From Azolla caroliniana (taxonomy: Eukaryota > Plantae > Polypodiophyta), in contig JBHGNT010000001.1 of assembly GCA_043228905.1 (NCBI GenBank), positions 32,612,001 to 32,676,000 on the forward strand: a stretch of DNA of 64,000 nt, read 5' to 3'. The position numbers and the translations under genes are program-made. Positions 24,668-36,735 of this stretch are shown one piece after another. The notes beneath the pieces are model-generated. The model searched no databases, had not been told where the DNA came from, and saw nothing but the letters and a program-made list of their open reading frames with translations. The number at the start of each line of letters is the position of its first letter. The stretch's first letter is position 1.

Positions 24668-27600
24668 ATGGCATCAACATCCGGCTCGTCAGAAATGAGT
24701 CTACGAAAGTTCGATGGATCGAACTTTAACTTCTGGAAGGAGCAAATGCAGGACTATCTCATAGTCAAGGGGCAAATCGATCCCATCGAAAATGAAGAAC
24801 CTCCAGAAGGATACAAACCAATTGAGTGGCAGAAGCTGGACAGAATCGTCCGCGCCACGATTCGGATGCACCTATCGGAATCGGTATATTTTACGGTGCA
24901 ATCGTGTACGACAGCATTCGAACTGTGGAAAACACTGTCGGACACCTACGAAAAGAAGGTCGCTGCAACGAAGATGTTTCTGATCCGGCGCCTCTACAAC
25001 TTGCGGATGAAAGAATCCGATTCGGTCCAAGCACATCTCAATGAGTACGAAAGCATAAGCTCCCAAATCTCGTCACAGGGGACGGCAATCGAGGATGAAC
25101 TCAGAGCAATGATACTCATGAGTAGCCTTCCCTCATCATGGGAAACTTTCGTCACAACCGTGTGCAACGCGTCAACCACGGCTGTCAAATACTCCGAAGT
25201 CACGAGCGCAATTCTGACCGAAGCAGCTCGGAGAAAGTCTTTTGCCAAAGACTCAACAGACGACGCTTACGTAGTACAAGGTTCGACAGACCGATCGAAC
25301 ATACGAGGAAGAGATTCCTCACGACCGCCGAACAATCAGCGAAGACGGAGCCAGTCACGGGATAACCGAATCTGCAACTATTGCAAGAAACCCGGACACA
25401 TCAAAGCCGACTGCCGCGCACTCAAGAACAAGAACGACAAGTCTCAGAGATCAGACAAGAAGAGTGGCCGGCATGAGGAGATCAATTACGTCAGCTTCTC
25501 AGCTGATGTGCTACCAGACGACCCGAATATACTATCAATCGAAAATCCAGTCGGATCAGAAGTTCTACTCACGACTGAAGAATCGAGCACATGGATCTTA
25601 GATTCGGGCGCGTCATTTCACGTGACTCCTCATCGATCCCAATTTCGGCAATATACGATCCGTCACTCCGACTCAGTTCGAGTCGGTAACTCGCAACACT
25701 GTGACATCATCGGAATCGGCACAGTAGAGCTCAACCTTGCAGGTGGCTCTACACTTGTACTCCACAATGTCCGACATGTACCCGAGCTCTCAAGGCCATT
25801 GATCTCAGTCGGACAACTAGATGAAGACGACATTCGTGCCGGTTTTTCTTCGGGAGGGTGGACACTCCACAGGGGGAACCTCCTGCTTGCTAGAGGACCC
25901 AAGATACACTCACTGTATCCGTTACATGTTACGCTCAGAGAGGGTAACCTGTTTTTGGTGGATATTCCTGTGTCATCACTATGGCACCGAAGATTAGGAC
26001 ACCTCAGCAAGGCCGGCATCACGCACCTATCTAGAGCCGGATACATCCCCAAACTCTCCTTCTCGGACCATCAATTCTGCGAGCATTGTCAGTATGGCAA
26101 ACAAGCAGCCGCATCACACCCGACATCAGCACCAAGAGACACGAGTCCTCTCGACTTAGTCCACTCGGACGTCTGTGGCCCAATGCCGCATCAGTCTCTA
26201 GGCGGTGCCTCTTACTTCGTCACTTTTATTGACGATTCGACTCGAAAGGTGTGGGCTTATCCGATTCGCACCAAAGATCGGGTCTTCTCGATCTTCTCAG
26301 ATTGGCTCGCTATGGTAGAAAATCAAACCGACCGAAAGCTGAAATGCCTTCGGACAGACAATGGGGGAGAGTTCAAATCCGATGAATTCGTCAAATTCTG
26401 CCGACAACGCGGCATCCGACGTGAATTTACGGCACCACACAGTCCGGAGCAAAACGGGATTGCAGAACGAATGAATCGGACGATCCAAGAAAGGATAGTT
26501 TCCATGCTCCAACACTCCGGACTGTCGGATGGCTTCTGGGCAGAGGCTCTACTCACGGCAGTACACATAATCAATATGTCGCCAAGTAGACCTCTAGGAC
26601 TTCAAATTCCTCAGGAACTATGGATCGGCAGTAAGCCGAATTACGACAAGCTGAGGATCTTCGGATGCGAGGCGTACGCCCTTATTCCGAAAGATGATCG
26701 CCGAAAACTTGCACCTCGGTCCAGGAAATGCATTTTCCTTGGATATGGATCAGACGGCGAAATGGGATACCGACTCTGGGATCCCGAACGCAGACAAATC
26801 GTCCGAAGTTCGGACGTTGTGTTCAACGAGTCGGCTATGAACCCATCAGTCGAAAAACCGATCGAAGTCCGAAGGGTAACATTTTCCGATGTGCCGACCC
26901 TTCAAGAAGGCCCCGCTCTCAACACACGGTCAGCTTCACGGGTAGCCGACCCTTACACTACCGACTCGGACAACTCCGACTCGGCACAGCAGAACAATCC
27001 GCTTTTGGACCATCCGACCTCGATACCCGATGCGACCAGTCCAATCATACCTCGACGATCCGAGAGACTGTCGCAACCTCCGGAGAGGTATTCTCCTGGA
27101 ATTTTCTTCACCGACGCCGGCGAACCGACGTCTTACGACGAAGCATCGACATCTGTCGATTCCGCCACCTGGCATCTGGCGATGGAGTCGGAAATGCACT
27201 CCATTCGAGCAAACAAGACTTGGGATCTGGTCAAATTACCTAGGAACCGACGTGCTCTTCCTTGCAAGTGGGTTTATCGACTAAAAGAGACGTCTGATTC
27301 GACCACCCCAAAGTACAAGGCCAGATTAGTTGCGAAGGGCTTCCGACAAGAATATGGCATCGACTTCGACGAGATTTTTTCACCAGTGGTGAAAATGACA
27401 ACCCTTCGTTTTCTACTCGGCGTAGTGGCAGCCGACAACTTGGAGCTGATTCAGCTAGATGTCAAAACAGCTTTCCTCCATGGTGATCTCGAGGAGGAAA
27501 TCTATATGGAACAGCCAAAAGGCTTCGTGGCAACTGGCCAAGAACATCTAGTCTGCCGACTCAGGAAGAGTCTATACGGCCTCAAACAGGCACCGCGACA

Positions 27601-28699
27601 ATGGTACAAGAAGTTCGACGACTTCATCCAATCGATCGGCTTCTCCAAAAGCGATGAGGACCATTGTCTCTTCACCAACACAGCTCAAGATGGATCACCC
27701 ATCTTCCTCATCATTTACGTGGACGACATGCTAATTTCTGGACGCCACGCGGGCGAACTTGCCGATCTCGTTCGGCAACTGCGGTTGAAGTTTGCCATGA
27801 AGGACCTCGGTCCGGCACGACACATCCTTGGCATGAAAATTAGTCGGCATCGCGATAAACGACATCTCTTTTTGTCTCAGACCGACTATATCGGACGTGT
27901 CTTGGAACGCTTCAACATGCAATCAGCCAAATCTGCTTCAACCCCGCTCCCAATGAATCTTCGGCTCTCTCAGCGAGACTGCCCGACATCCGGCCCGGAG
28001 GGGGAAGATATGAAGTCGGTACCGTATGCACCGGCAGTCGGCTCCCTTATGTACCTGATGGTCGCGACACGGCCTGATATTTCTCATGCCGTAGGAGTCG
28101 TTAGCAGATTTATGCACAATCCTGGCCGATCGCATTGGAACGCAGTCAAGCATGTGTTCAGATATCTGGCTGGCACAAAAGACCATGGCATTCTTTTCGG
28201 TCCGAACCGAACCTCAGGCGTAGTCGGTTACACCGACTCGGATTTCGCCGGCTGTATAGACAGTCGGAAATCAACAACCGGATACTGCTTCAAATTCGGC
28301 AATGGAGCAATCTCGTGGAAGTCGAAACTTCAGGAGTGCACAGCGACCTCAACGACCGAAGCAGAATATGTAGCTGCGTCCGACGCAGCAAAAGAAGCTT
28401 TGTGGCTCGGTCGGCTGGCGCACACGTTTCGACAAGTCGACCATGACTCAGCTCCAGTTGTCTACAGCGACAGTCAAGGTGCTGTTGCCCTGTCGAAAAA
28501 TCCGGTTCACCACAACGCCTCCAAACATATCGACGTTCGATATCACTTCGTTCGGGACTGCGTCATTTCAGGGAAAATCGGTCTAGAGAAAATATCCACA
28601 ACCGACAATGTCGCAGATGGAATGACCAAGTGTCTTTCGGCAGACCGTTTTCGGTCTCTTCGGCATCAGATGGGCGTAACGACAAACCAGTCCGGTTAG
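24668..28699 (+). CDS. Copia gag-pol polyprotein, 1343 aa
   Basis: The first ATG is at 24668. Motifs in copia order: gag KFDGSNFNFWK, zinc knuckle CNYCKKPGHIKADC, protease WILDSGAS, LWHRRLGH, integrase LVHSDVCGP and LRTDNGGEF, RT QLDVKTAFLHG and YVDDM, RNase H GYTDSDFAG. Confidence 0.98.
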   Translation: MASTSGSSEMSLRKFDGSNFNFWKEQMQDYLIVKGQIDPIENEEPPEGYKPIEWQKLDRIVRATIRMHLSESVYFTVQSCTTAFELWKTLSDTYEKKVAATKMFLIRRLYNLRMKESDSVQAHLNEYESISSQISSQGTAIEDELRAMILMSSLPSSWETFVTTVCNASTTAVKYSEVTSAILTEAARRKSFAKDSTDDAYVVQGSTDRSNIRGRDSSRPPNNQRRRSQSRDNRICNYCKKPGHIKADCRALKNKNDKSQRSDKKSGRHEEINYVSFSADVLPDDPNILSIENPVGSEVLLTTEESSTWILDSGASFHVTPHRSQFRQYTIRHSDSVRVGNSQHCDIIGIGTVELNLAGGSTLVLHNVRHVPELSRPLISVGQLDEDDIRAGFSSGGWTLHRGNLLLARGPKIHSLYPLHVTLREGNLFLVDIPVSSLWHRRLGHLSKAGITHLSRAGYIPKLSFSDHQFCEHCQYGKQAAASHPTSAPRDTSPLDLVHSDVCGPMPHQSLGGASYFVTFIDDSTRKVWAYPIRTKDRVFSIFSDWLAMVENQTDRKLKCLRTDNGGEFKSDEFVKFCRQRGIRREFTAPHSPEQNGIAERMNRTIQERIVSMLQHSGLSDGFWAEALLTAVHIINMSPSRPLGLQIPQELWIGSKPNYDKLRIFGCEAYALIPKDDRRKLAPRSRKCIFLGYGSDGEMGYRLWDPERRQIVRSSDVVFNESAMNPSVEKPIEVRRVTFSDVPTLQEGPALNTRSASRVADPYTTDSDNSDSAQQNNPLLDHPTSIPDATSPIIPRRSERLSQPPERYSPGIFFTDAGEPTSYDEASTSVDSATWHLAMESEMHSIRANKTWDLVKLPRNRRALPCKWVYRLKETSDSTTPKYKARLVAKGFRQEYGIDFDEIFSPVVKMTTLRFLLGVVAADNLELIQLDVKTAFLHGDLEEEIYMEQPKGFVATGQEHLVCRLRKSLYGLKQAPRQWYKKFDDFIQSIGFSKSDEDHCLFTNTAQDGSPIFLIIYVDDMLISGRHAGELADLVRQLRLKFAMKDLGPARHILGMKISRHRDKRHLFLSQTDYIGRVLERFNMQSAKSASTPLPMNLRLSQRDCPTSGPEGEDMKSVPYAPAVGSLMYLMVATRPDISHAVGVVSRFMHNPGRSHWNAVKHVFRYLAGTKDHGILFGPNRTSGVVGYTDSDFAGCIDSRKSTTGYCFKFGNGAISWKSKLQECTATSTTEAEYVAASDAAKEALWLGRLAHTFRQVDHDSAPVVYSDSQGAVALSKNPVHHNASKHIDVRYHFVRDCVISGKIGLEKISTTDNVADGMTKCLSADRFRSLRHQMGVTTNQSG

Positions 28700-28893
28700 A
28701 GCCGGACACAGAGCAGGATGGTTCCCGACAACCGACATCAGTTCCTTAATGATCGGCTTCAACTGTTCCGACCCGACCAGTTCGGTCTTCTGCCTTCGGA
28801 CCCTGCCGACTACGAACAAAGCTGATATGTCCGAGAACCCAAGTCTATACCTGTAATCTTAGATAACCCATGTATACGCCCATTACGGGGGAG

Positions 28894-29065
28894 TGTCGAA
28901 TACATGTGTATAATGGACGTATTCACACTATCCCGTTTTGGCCATTTATGTAATTAGCATAAAGGGTAGTTGCCCTAAGTCGGTCACTATATATAGTGAC
29001 CTTGTAACCTTTTTGTAAGGTTGGTTGTTGTATTATTGCTTTGTGAAATAAAGAGTCTTTTGTGT

Positions 29066-29101
<36 letters not shown>

Positions 29102-29187
29102 AACGACCTACATTCTGTCATACGCAGGTACTCAGCAACGATCGAATGCTTCTTGATCTTCCGCATTGACGACCTTCGTCTCCAACA
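28894..29187 (+). repeat. 3' LTR, 294 bp
   Basis: Direct repeat of 23767-24056. Confidence 0.97.
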
Positions 29188-29264
29188 TCGAGTTGGAGCT
29201 TTGTCACTTAACTTACTACACATAGAAAAGTACACAACTTCTGGGCGTATGTTGTAAAAATCAC

Positions 29265-29498
29265 TATAACTCAAAGGTTATTTGGATAACATAAAAGGTA
29301 ATACGCAACGGGGAGAATTACAATGATTGGAGTTTCATGCAATATGGGATAAAGGAATATATTATAGGCAGATTTTTACAAGGTTGAGTGGTTATACTCT
29401 ACATCGAAGTATTGATTCAAGACGCCAGTTAGGACTTAGAATGGAGGTCATTACCTATACGTACACGGTTCATTTACCACCATAAGTTTATGTACTTA
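29265..29498 (+). repeat. Fragment of an unidentified decayed coding repeat, homologous to the PP2C-intron sequence
   Basis: 29322-29455 (+) aligns to 60575-60709 (-) at roughly 75-80% identity by eye. Confidence 0.75.
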
Positions 29499-30561
29499 TT
29501 GCATGCACCTCCAAAGGTGCTCATAGGGCACCATATCAAATCATTTGTTGAAGTTTGTAACAACGACATAATTTTACCTTCCACGTGAATTTCTTCCATC
29601 AATATTCGATGAGTGCCAAGGTGATCGATGTTGTTATGGCATTTTCGAGAACTAACTTGTATGTACTACCTCTCATCATTCTTTTTAGCCCATATGTCGA
29701 ACTTCACTTTCATTATATATCTAAATAGTCTGTCCATAAGATAATTTGCCTCAATTGTCCTTATGCTTCCCCCTTTATGCAAAGGTTTGATCTAGATTGT
29801 ACACCAATAACGACGCACAACATGTTGGGACACATGATTAAACATATCACTTATCCAACCACGTGTTTTCTTTCTTGTCCATTTTAACATTTCAATCTTC
29901 ATATACTAGAGATCTCTTGCCTTGTGATTGACAAGGCATTCGATGGTGTCTAGTGTTTTCAAAATCCAACTTGTTTTGGAGACTTGTTATCACTATTTTC
30001 CACCCATGTCCTTAACTGATTTCCATTATACATTACAATAGATTTGCAACAAGAGAATTGAACACGATTGTCCAATAATTGTTTATATTATTTAAATCTA
30101 CCCATTTATACAAAGTTTTGATCCAAATTGTACTCCAATTATGAGGCATGTTGTCATTGGAATGCACAATTACACATATAATTGATTGTAACATATGCTT
30201 GTTTTCCTTATCCGTTTGAGCAATTTTGATACCTTGAAGATCCCCTACATTGTGAATTGCCAAAATCTTTAGCCTTATGCATGCACACATCCTCGATATT
30301 AAACAAAGCATATGTGTGAAAAAAGATCATAACAAAAATTTTCTTGCATTTAATTAACCACACAAGTTCATGGGAGTCAAGGTTACCAATATATCTCTTA
30401 CATGTTTTCCAATAGGATTTCTCAATATATTTTTCATGTGAATTTGCATCATTGAATGATAAGACTTCGTGTTGCAACATTCTTGCATGAGTATTCATGT
30501 CACCAAAGACAATAACTTTTCCCTTGCTTTTGACGCTACTAACCACTATAGGGGTTACCAT
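29497..30561 (-). mobile_element. Decayed LINE ORF2 remnants (endonuclease + reverse transcriptase), probably two fragments
   Basis: EN motif VIVFGDMNTH (~30516-30487). RT motifs PHNWSTIWIKTLYKWVDLNNINNYWTIVFNSLVANLL, IWAKKNDER*YIQVSSRKCHNNIDHLGTHRILMEE and FNK*FDMVPYEHLWRCM are degenerate versions of NYRTI, QAGFRxxxSTIDH and DFKKAFDxV. Confidence 0.85.
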
Positions 30562-32470
30562 GTGGTGTGATCAGTGTGATACATGATATCAACTCATCCA
30601 CACCGTCCCTAACTTATTGTGCATACTTTGGGCTGATTGGCTTCATCGTTGCAAGGTTGGGTGAGTATTATGCATTAGTATTTTGTGGGATGATCACTTA
30701 TGGTGGCACACCTTTCATGTTTTCATTGTGATAGGCAAATATATCCTTATCATTGAGGAGATTATTGGTATGGTCTCATTCATCATATTAGTTCTATTGC
30801 TATGTAGATAACATAGAATATTTGTCATTCTTTAGATCGAGTACAAAAGGTTGGTCACTATCTAGCTAGCTAAACACATAAAAATTAGACCTATGACGAG
30901 GAATGAGGCATGTCGGTATGGTAGTTCTCCTTGTTGGCGACTTCTAGAAGGTCGACCTTAGATGGTTGTAAGATGATTGCGATCATGTCCACCAATTGCA
31001 TTGGCTATCAAGTAACACGATGGAATAGGTTCATCCAAACAATGAATTGTAAGGGATACAAATGGGCAATTAGATGGGGTTTTCTTGATATTGTGCCTCC
31101 ACTATATTTTGTAATTAAGACAATTACTGTTTATGAAAAAAGACAAGAGAAAAAAGATACTTTGCTTAAGAAACCTCAATATATGGGAGTCTTGTTCATT
31201 ATGAGATGATTTAAAAATATATGAAGGGTTCCTTCCCAAATATATAGAACCTACAAAGATGTTTTTCTTCAAACTATCATATGATAAACAAAAAGTTAAG
31301 ATATAGATGCTCAATGATACAACCTATGTTAGTAGTCATAAAATAATTTGGTCCATGACAAAATAAAATCGGGTCATACTCATGAAATAAAATTTCATCT
31401 AGTGAATAGGACAAATAAGCCCAAAGCAATTGTTCACCTAGTACATATTAAAGGTACTTTGATTGCTCTAAACCTCTTCTCTATGACAGAAAGTTTGTGA
31501 GCATATATCCAACAAGCACTTCTTAGCCAAAATATCTTGGTCGAAATGTGACCATTCAAGTTATCGTTTTACATAAGGCACAATTCAGACAAATTCAATG
31601 TATATAATTGTCTACTTTTTCTTTCATCATTTTCAAGCCTATTATATTTTTTTGGTATGTAGTCATTGTGTATAATGATCCAAAAAACTCAAAACTCAAA
31701 AAAACATTCATATGAGCAATGGTCTGATCAACCAAAAATTCCATCAAGAAATCTTTTCGGTAAGCAAATTCTTGAAACGGTACAGATCACAATTACGCAT
31801 CCATCCACCAACAACCAACATTAACATGAACATAATTTTTTCTGCCTGATTCTTAATTATTAGCAAAGCAAACAGATGTCAAATTAATATACAGATACTT
31901 AAATTATGATAGCACTAGCAATTAAATAGACAATGCATTTTGAACAGTCAATAGACTCAAATCATCTAGCACCAATTTCCCTTGAAACACTATGCAAACT
32001 ATCATTGAAAAATGAAAACTCATCACATTATTAAGCCAAACTATTGTCAATAACATTTATAACTGGAATAACTCCAAATAACTGGAATCCAGTTTATACC
32101 ATCATTCAGGAATGGCAACAAGAAAATCAAATCCAACAAAAAATGTACCAATGCAGAGTGTATGATAGAGCAGACCAACAAATGCACATTGCAATAATTT
32201 TTACAGTTAAATACATTCAAAACATAATACATCTAAACATTAACAGATTTAGTGAAGAAATGCATCTTATTGGCACTTAAGCTTAAATAACAAATTTGGT
32301 GAAATATAGCATCTTAACATAACAAATTCTAAATTATGTTCTCAAATAACTGATTAAAGAATTCCGAAAATAAAGGGATACAGCTACAGGAATTTTTTTT
32401 ATTGCTTTCATAGCTCACTAAAAAAATGCTGTTTACTATACTTTGTTTGTCATTATGTCCCAAAAACACA

Positions 32471-34192
32471 TCACTTGGTCTTGGCCTTCGGACTTGGAAG
32501 TAGCTGTGAAGAAAATGAAAACAATCATTCATTAAATGAATGATAAGCAAGAATAATTAGGAGGGCAAAACCCTAAACCCTAACTTCCGTAACCTTTTAC
32601 CAGAATACCCCTCTGAAATACAAAATTATTACAGGAATGCCCATAATATTTAACAAAAAGTAACAAAATATCACTATGTACTAGCAACATTATAATCAGA
32701 ATATCCCTTACTAGAAACAAACAATGCCCAAAAAAAGGAAATCAAAAGGTGTCACCTATTGATACCTGATAACATGAAATCAAAGATGTCACAAAACCAA
32801 ATGCTCCAGTAACCCTTGGTGTCACTTTCTTTGGAGCCAACTGGAGAAGCCCAATAGCCACTACAATATCCAACGAGGACTTGATCCATCCAAGAAACCT
32901 TTGCTCCATCTGTTTTTGTAACTTTTCACATTCCTTCAAAAATTAAAAGAAGCCAAGCACACAGTCAAACAAAAACACTCACAAGAGGACAATAATAAAC
33001 ACTACAGAACATATTTGGCACTAACAGAAGGGTCATTGGAAGCCTTCTTCTTCCCAGCAATGCGCAATAATTCGGCTAGCTGCACAATAGAACAGCATAT
33101 TTTAATTCACTCCCAGACGAGTCAGTGGACCATTCATTAATATTCGAAAATATCATGTCATAGAATGAATTAATGATAAAACAAATCATGTAAGGTTGAG
33201 GGATAAAGGTACTTGGCGAAATGTGATGAACAGGATTTATATATAAAAAAGTTTTAAATATCTGACAGACCTTTAGAATATTTTATATCTTATTAGCAGT
33301 ATTATTCACTCTATATCCCTACAACATCTAAAGGCCTAGATTTTCATGGTTCTATAATAAATTAACCAATAAATATGGCCAATTCTCTCCCAAAATTGGA
33401 CATTCACATCATGTATCACTAACGTAAATGCAAATCTCACCTCCAGCAATGAGTTTGTCGTACAACCACCAAGGAAGCAATATAATGCAATTCTTGAAAT
33501 AAGCTCTGTGCGCTCTTTATTCTGCAATATCGCAGAACCATACATTCATAAATCCTTGGTTTGCCTTGTCTACATTTATTATCTCAGCTTCGAGTGACAA
33601 TAAAACAATATCCAGAACTGAATTAGTTCAAAATATGACCTTGTATATGCCTGTCCTCCCTGCCCATACGATTTGATCAAGGGCAAAGAATGTAGCCATT
33701 AGAGAGCTTTTTGACTGCCAAAATATATCACGGACATGAATGAAATCCCTCTGGTTAATGTAAACATGTTTTAGCTATAATAGTAACATAACAACTCTTA
33801 TGTACCTTTGAAAGTAGCACCAATGATAATGGAGTTGATTTTGAAGGAGGTGTGAGCAAAGCTTCCAGCTCATTTACAGACTGCAAAGAACATTAATAAG
33901 AATGGGACTAGCTATTGCACTTTTAGGTACCTGCATTGCACAAATGTGCATCATCCATGCATTTTGCACAAACACACAAAGCAAGACATTGAAAAGATAC
34001 CTTCAACAGACGGAAAACCTTGCGAGCCAGACTAGTAGTTTTATCAACTTCCCGTGCTGCTCCTGCCTCACCACCACTAATGAACTTGGACCCATACTGA
34101 ATTGCACGACATATCTTGTCTCTTGATTCTGATTGACCAAGATAAGCCTTGATGAGTGCTAGCTCGGTTCTGGTTGCATTTAAAGACTCCAT
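32471..34192 (-). CDS. PEX11: Peroxisomal membrane protein PEX11 (c/d/e type), 225 aa
   Basis: complement(join(34001..34192,33806..33880,33640..33714,33441..33521,33026..33079,32766..32933,32471..32503)) gives 678 nt. It contains ESRDKICRAIQYGSKF, SLARKVFRLLK, LDQIVWAGRTGIYK, LQLAPKKVTPRVTGAFGFVTSLISCYQ and a C-terminal dilysine KAKTK. A 5'UTR intron probably extends to ~35930. Confidence 0.96.
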
Positions 34193-35869
34193 GACACTTG
34201 GAAATGAAGTTTAGATAACAATTTCTACTAGATCTGCACATAAACAATTTCTACAAAGTCTTTCAAATGTTTTAACAAAAAACTCTTCACAAGGAGACAA
34301 ATCAAACAAACATAAACTCCAGTTTCTGAGGAGACCAATGAAAAGGTACATAGAGAAAGAAAACGTTCATGAAGAACTCAATTTGGAAATTTAAATTATC
34401 AAACTTCTATAATCCCGTGGATAATGACGTCTTGGGTGAAGGCATCTGGTAATTCACATAGATACAATAGCCCTTGAAACTATACAAAGTCATTAACAGT
34501 TCAGAGATAACTCCTTCCAGCTTTACAAAGTTAATCATGGCAGTGATGATAGATTAGTAAAATACTAGCAAAAGACACCTTTTTCCTTCCATTCACACAC
34601 ATCCACCTTGGTTAATCTGACCTATAACACATTTGATAAGAGTGATAGAAAGAAAGAAAGAAAGATATATTAACGTCTTTTAAGAGGCCAAAATGGCCTA
34701 TAAGACCGAATAAGAGATTACATCTTAAATGTTTTCTCGTCTTTGAGAACAAATCAAAACAAAGTAAATATTACACAGTGAATATAAAAGTAAATAAGAT
34801 GAAAAGAAAAGAGACGAGAGAATCTGGTTTTTGGCACATGCGAGATTCTCAAGTTAGGTATATTGTAGTTTTTGTCTCCGAAAGATCTGTATCATAGGTC
34901 GATCCAGAATGGAAATGTCTCCAAAGCGAGGGAAGCACCTACGATGGCGGGAGATAATGGCTTTTATTTGTCGATGACAAGGGTGTCGAGGTCGTGGTCC
35001 ATGGGGCCGGGGCCTACGTGCACGGCAAATTGCCATTGCCCGATCAATCGTAACCCCTTTGTTATATCATAATAACAAAGCTGTTCCATAATCTAGATGG
35101 ATTACATACGAAGTCATTATAGAATTCCTCACATCAGCATCCACAGGAGTAGAAACCAAACAAGCAGGTGTGGTTTTTACCATTGATGAGAAAAATATTT
35201 TTCCTTTCTGGCAACAATATATGTGATCACGATCCAGAATTTAGTTACAGTGGAAAAAATGCAAAATATCAGTTTTATTTGGTCATTAAAATTCTTACAA
35301 CCTGAACTATCCAGGTTGTAAGGGAAGGAACAAACTTGACCTGAAATTAAGAAACTGTAATTCGGTGCATAAACGCACAAACAACAAATTTATAGAAGGT
35401 ATAACTGAAGAGCTACAACCAGAAATATGTTGAAAGCAAGATGAAATTAAGAAAGCAGGAGGACCAACGAGATACTGGCAGATGTATATTAAAATCCTAC
35501 CAGAGATGCTTTATACGAAAAGAAAGCTCTTTTCTATTTGGTCGAAAGACACTACAGAGATGATTAAGAAAAAGAGAATATTTTCCTATATGAGAGAAAA
35601 AACAGATTATGGTTGTTAGGAGTGTAGAAAACGGAAAAAATAAACAAAAGTACGTTGTGAAGATGGGATGGGAAGAAAAGGGAAAAAAAAAAAAAAAACA
35701 AAGCATACCTGAAAGAGACAGAATCACGAATTTCTTTCTTTTTTACTTTCTACGTATCTGACTCAAACCCGAGGAGGGACGATCGATTCATTGCTTGAAC
35801 TTTTCTATTGAGCGAAGGTTTAAGACGCGGGAATGAAAAGAGCATGGAACAAAACAAAGCATACGTACT

Positions 35870-35914
<45 letters not shown>

Positions 35915-36249
35915 CGAGAAGAAGATTACCTGTTCCCTCTTTTATTTTCTCGTCTAATTGATTGATGGAGACGTAGCGATCACTTCATTTGCTTGGTGTA
36001 CATATACCGGTAGCTCCGCAGACGGAGGAAGAGAAGGAACAAAGAAAGCTCGAAGAAGAAGAATCAGAAAGAAGAAGAAGAAGAATCAGAAAGAAAAAGA
36101 CGAACTGAAATTTTGGTCAGAGAGAGAGAGAGAGAGAGATTTTTTTTGCTTGAAATTTGGGGGTCGATGGGGACACCTAATTACGCTCTCTGGATTTTTT
36201 ATTTATTTTTCTATTCTACATATATATACTGTATATATATACAGTATAC

Positions 36250-36735
36250 ATATACATATACTGTTATACATATACATACGTGTATGTATACACTTACTTC
36301 TCTTAAAACCTCCTTTGTTGTTGGCACCATATCTCCCCAACAACACTCCCTTGGCCTTTATATTCGCACCCCTTCTTGCTTGCTAATGTGTCCGTTTGTG
36401 TGCTTATGCAGTATACTGCATACATATGCATACGTGTATACGTGTATGTATACACTTACTTCTCTTAAAGCCTCCTTTGTTGTTGGCCCCATATCTCCCC
36501 AACAACACTCCCTTGGCCTTTATATTCGCACCCCTTCTTGCTTGCTAATGTGTCCGTTTGTGTGCTTATGCAATATACTGCATACATATACATACGTGCA
36601 TACATGTATGTATACACTTACTTCTCTTAAAGCCTCCTTTGTTGTTGGCCCCATATCTCCCCAACAACACTCCCTTGGCCTTTATATCCGCACCCCTTCT
36701 TGCTTGCTGATGTGTCTGTTTGTGTGCTTATGTAG
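36250..36735. repeat. Tandem array, 3 x 162 bp
   Basis: The anchor TATACACTTACTTCTCTTAAA occurs at 36287, 36449 and 36611, and the units are near-identical. Confidence 0.96.

Larger units (their letters stand above)
23767..29187 (+). mobile_element. Intact Ty1/copia LTR retrotransposon (Tnt1/Tork-like), 5421 bp
   Basis: The LTRs at 23767-24056 and 28894-29187 run TGT...ACA. The PBS TGGTATCAGAGC (tRNA-iMet) is at 24059-24070 and the PPT ACGGGGGAG at 28885-28893. The 5-bp TSD is TTGAG/TCGAG, and there is one uninterrupted gag-pol ORF. Confidence 0.98.

Noticed and set aside
24754-28819. Many short overlapping and antisense ORFs inside the copia element
   Set aside because: These are expected shadow ORFs in a GC-rich coding region, with no recognisable motifs.
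30900-31330. Possible gypsy integrase tail remnant (EGFLPKYIEP)
   Set aside because: Only one short degenerate motif is present, too little to call.
34860-35060. GC-rich patch in the PEX11 5'UTR intron with 60-66-aa ORFs
   Set aside because: No TIR, TSD or protein motif was identified. It is likely a small TE fragment but cannot be supported.
36250-36735. CRISPR-like array
   Set aside because: Whole units repeat with no unique spacers, there are no cas genes, and the context is eukaryotic.
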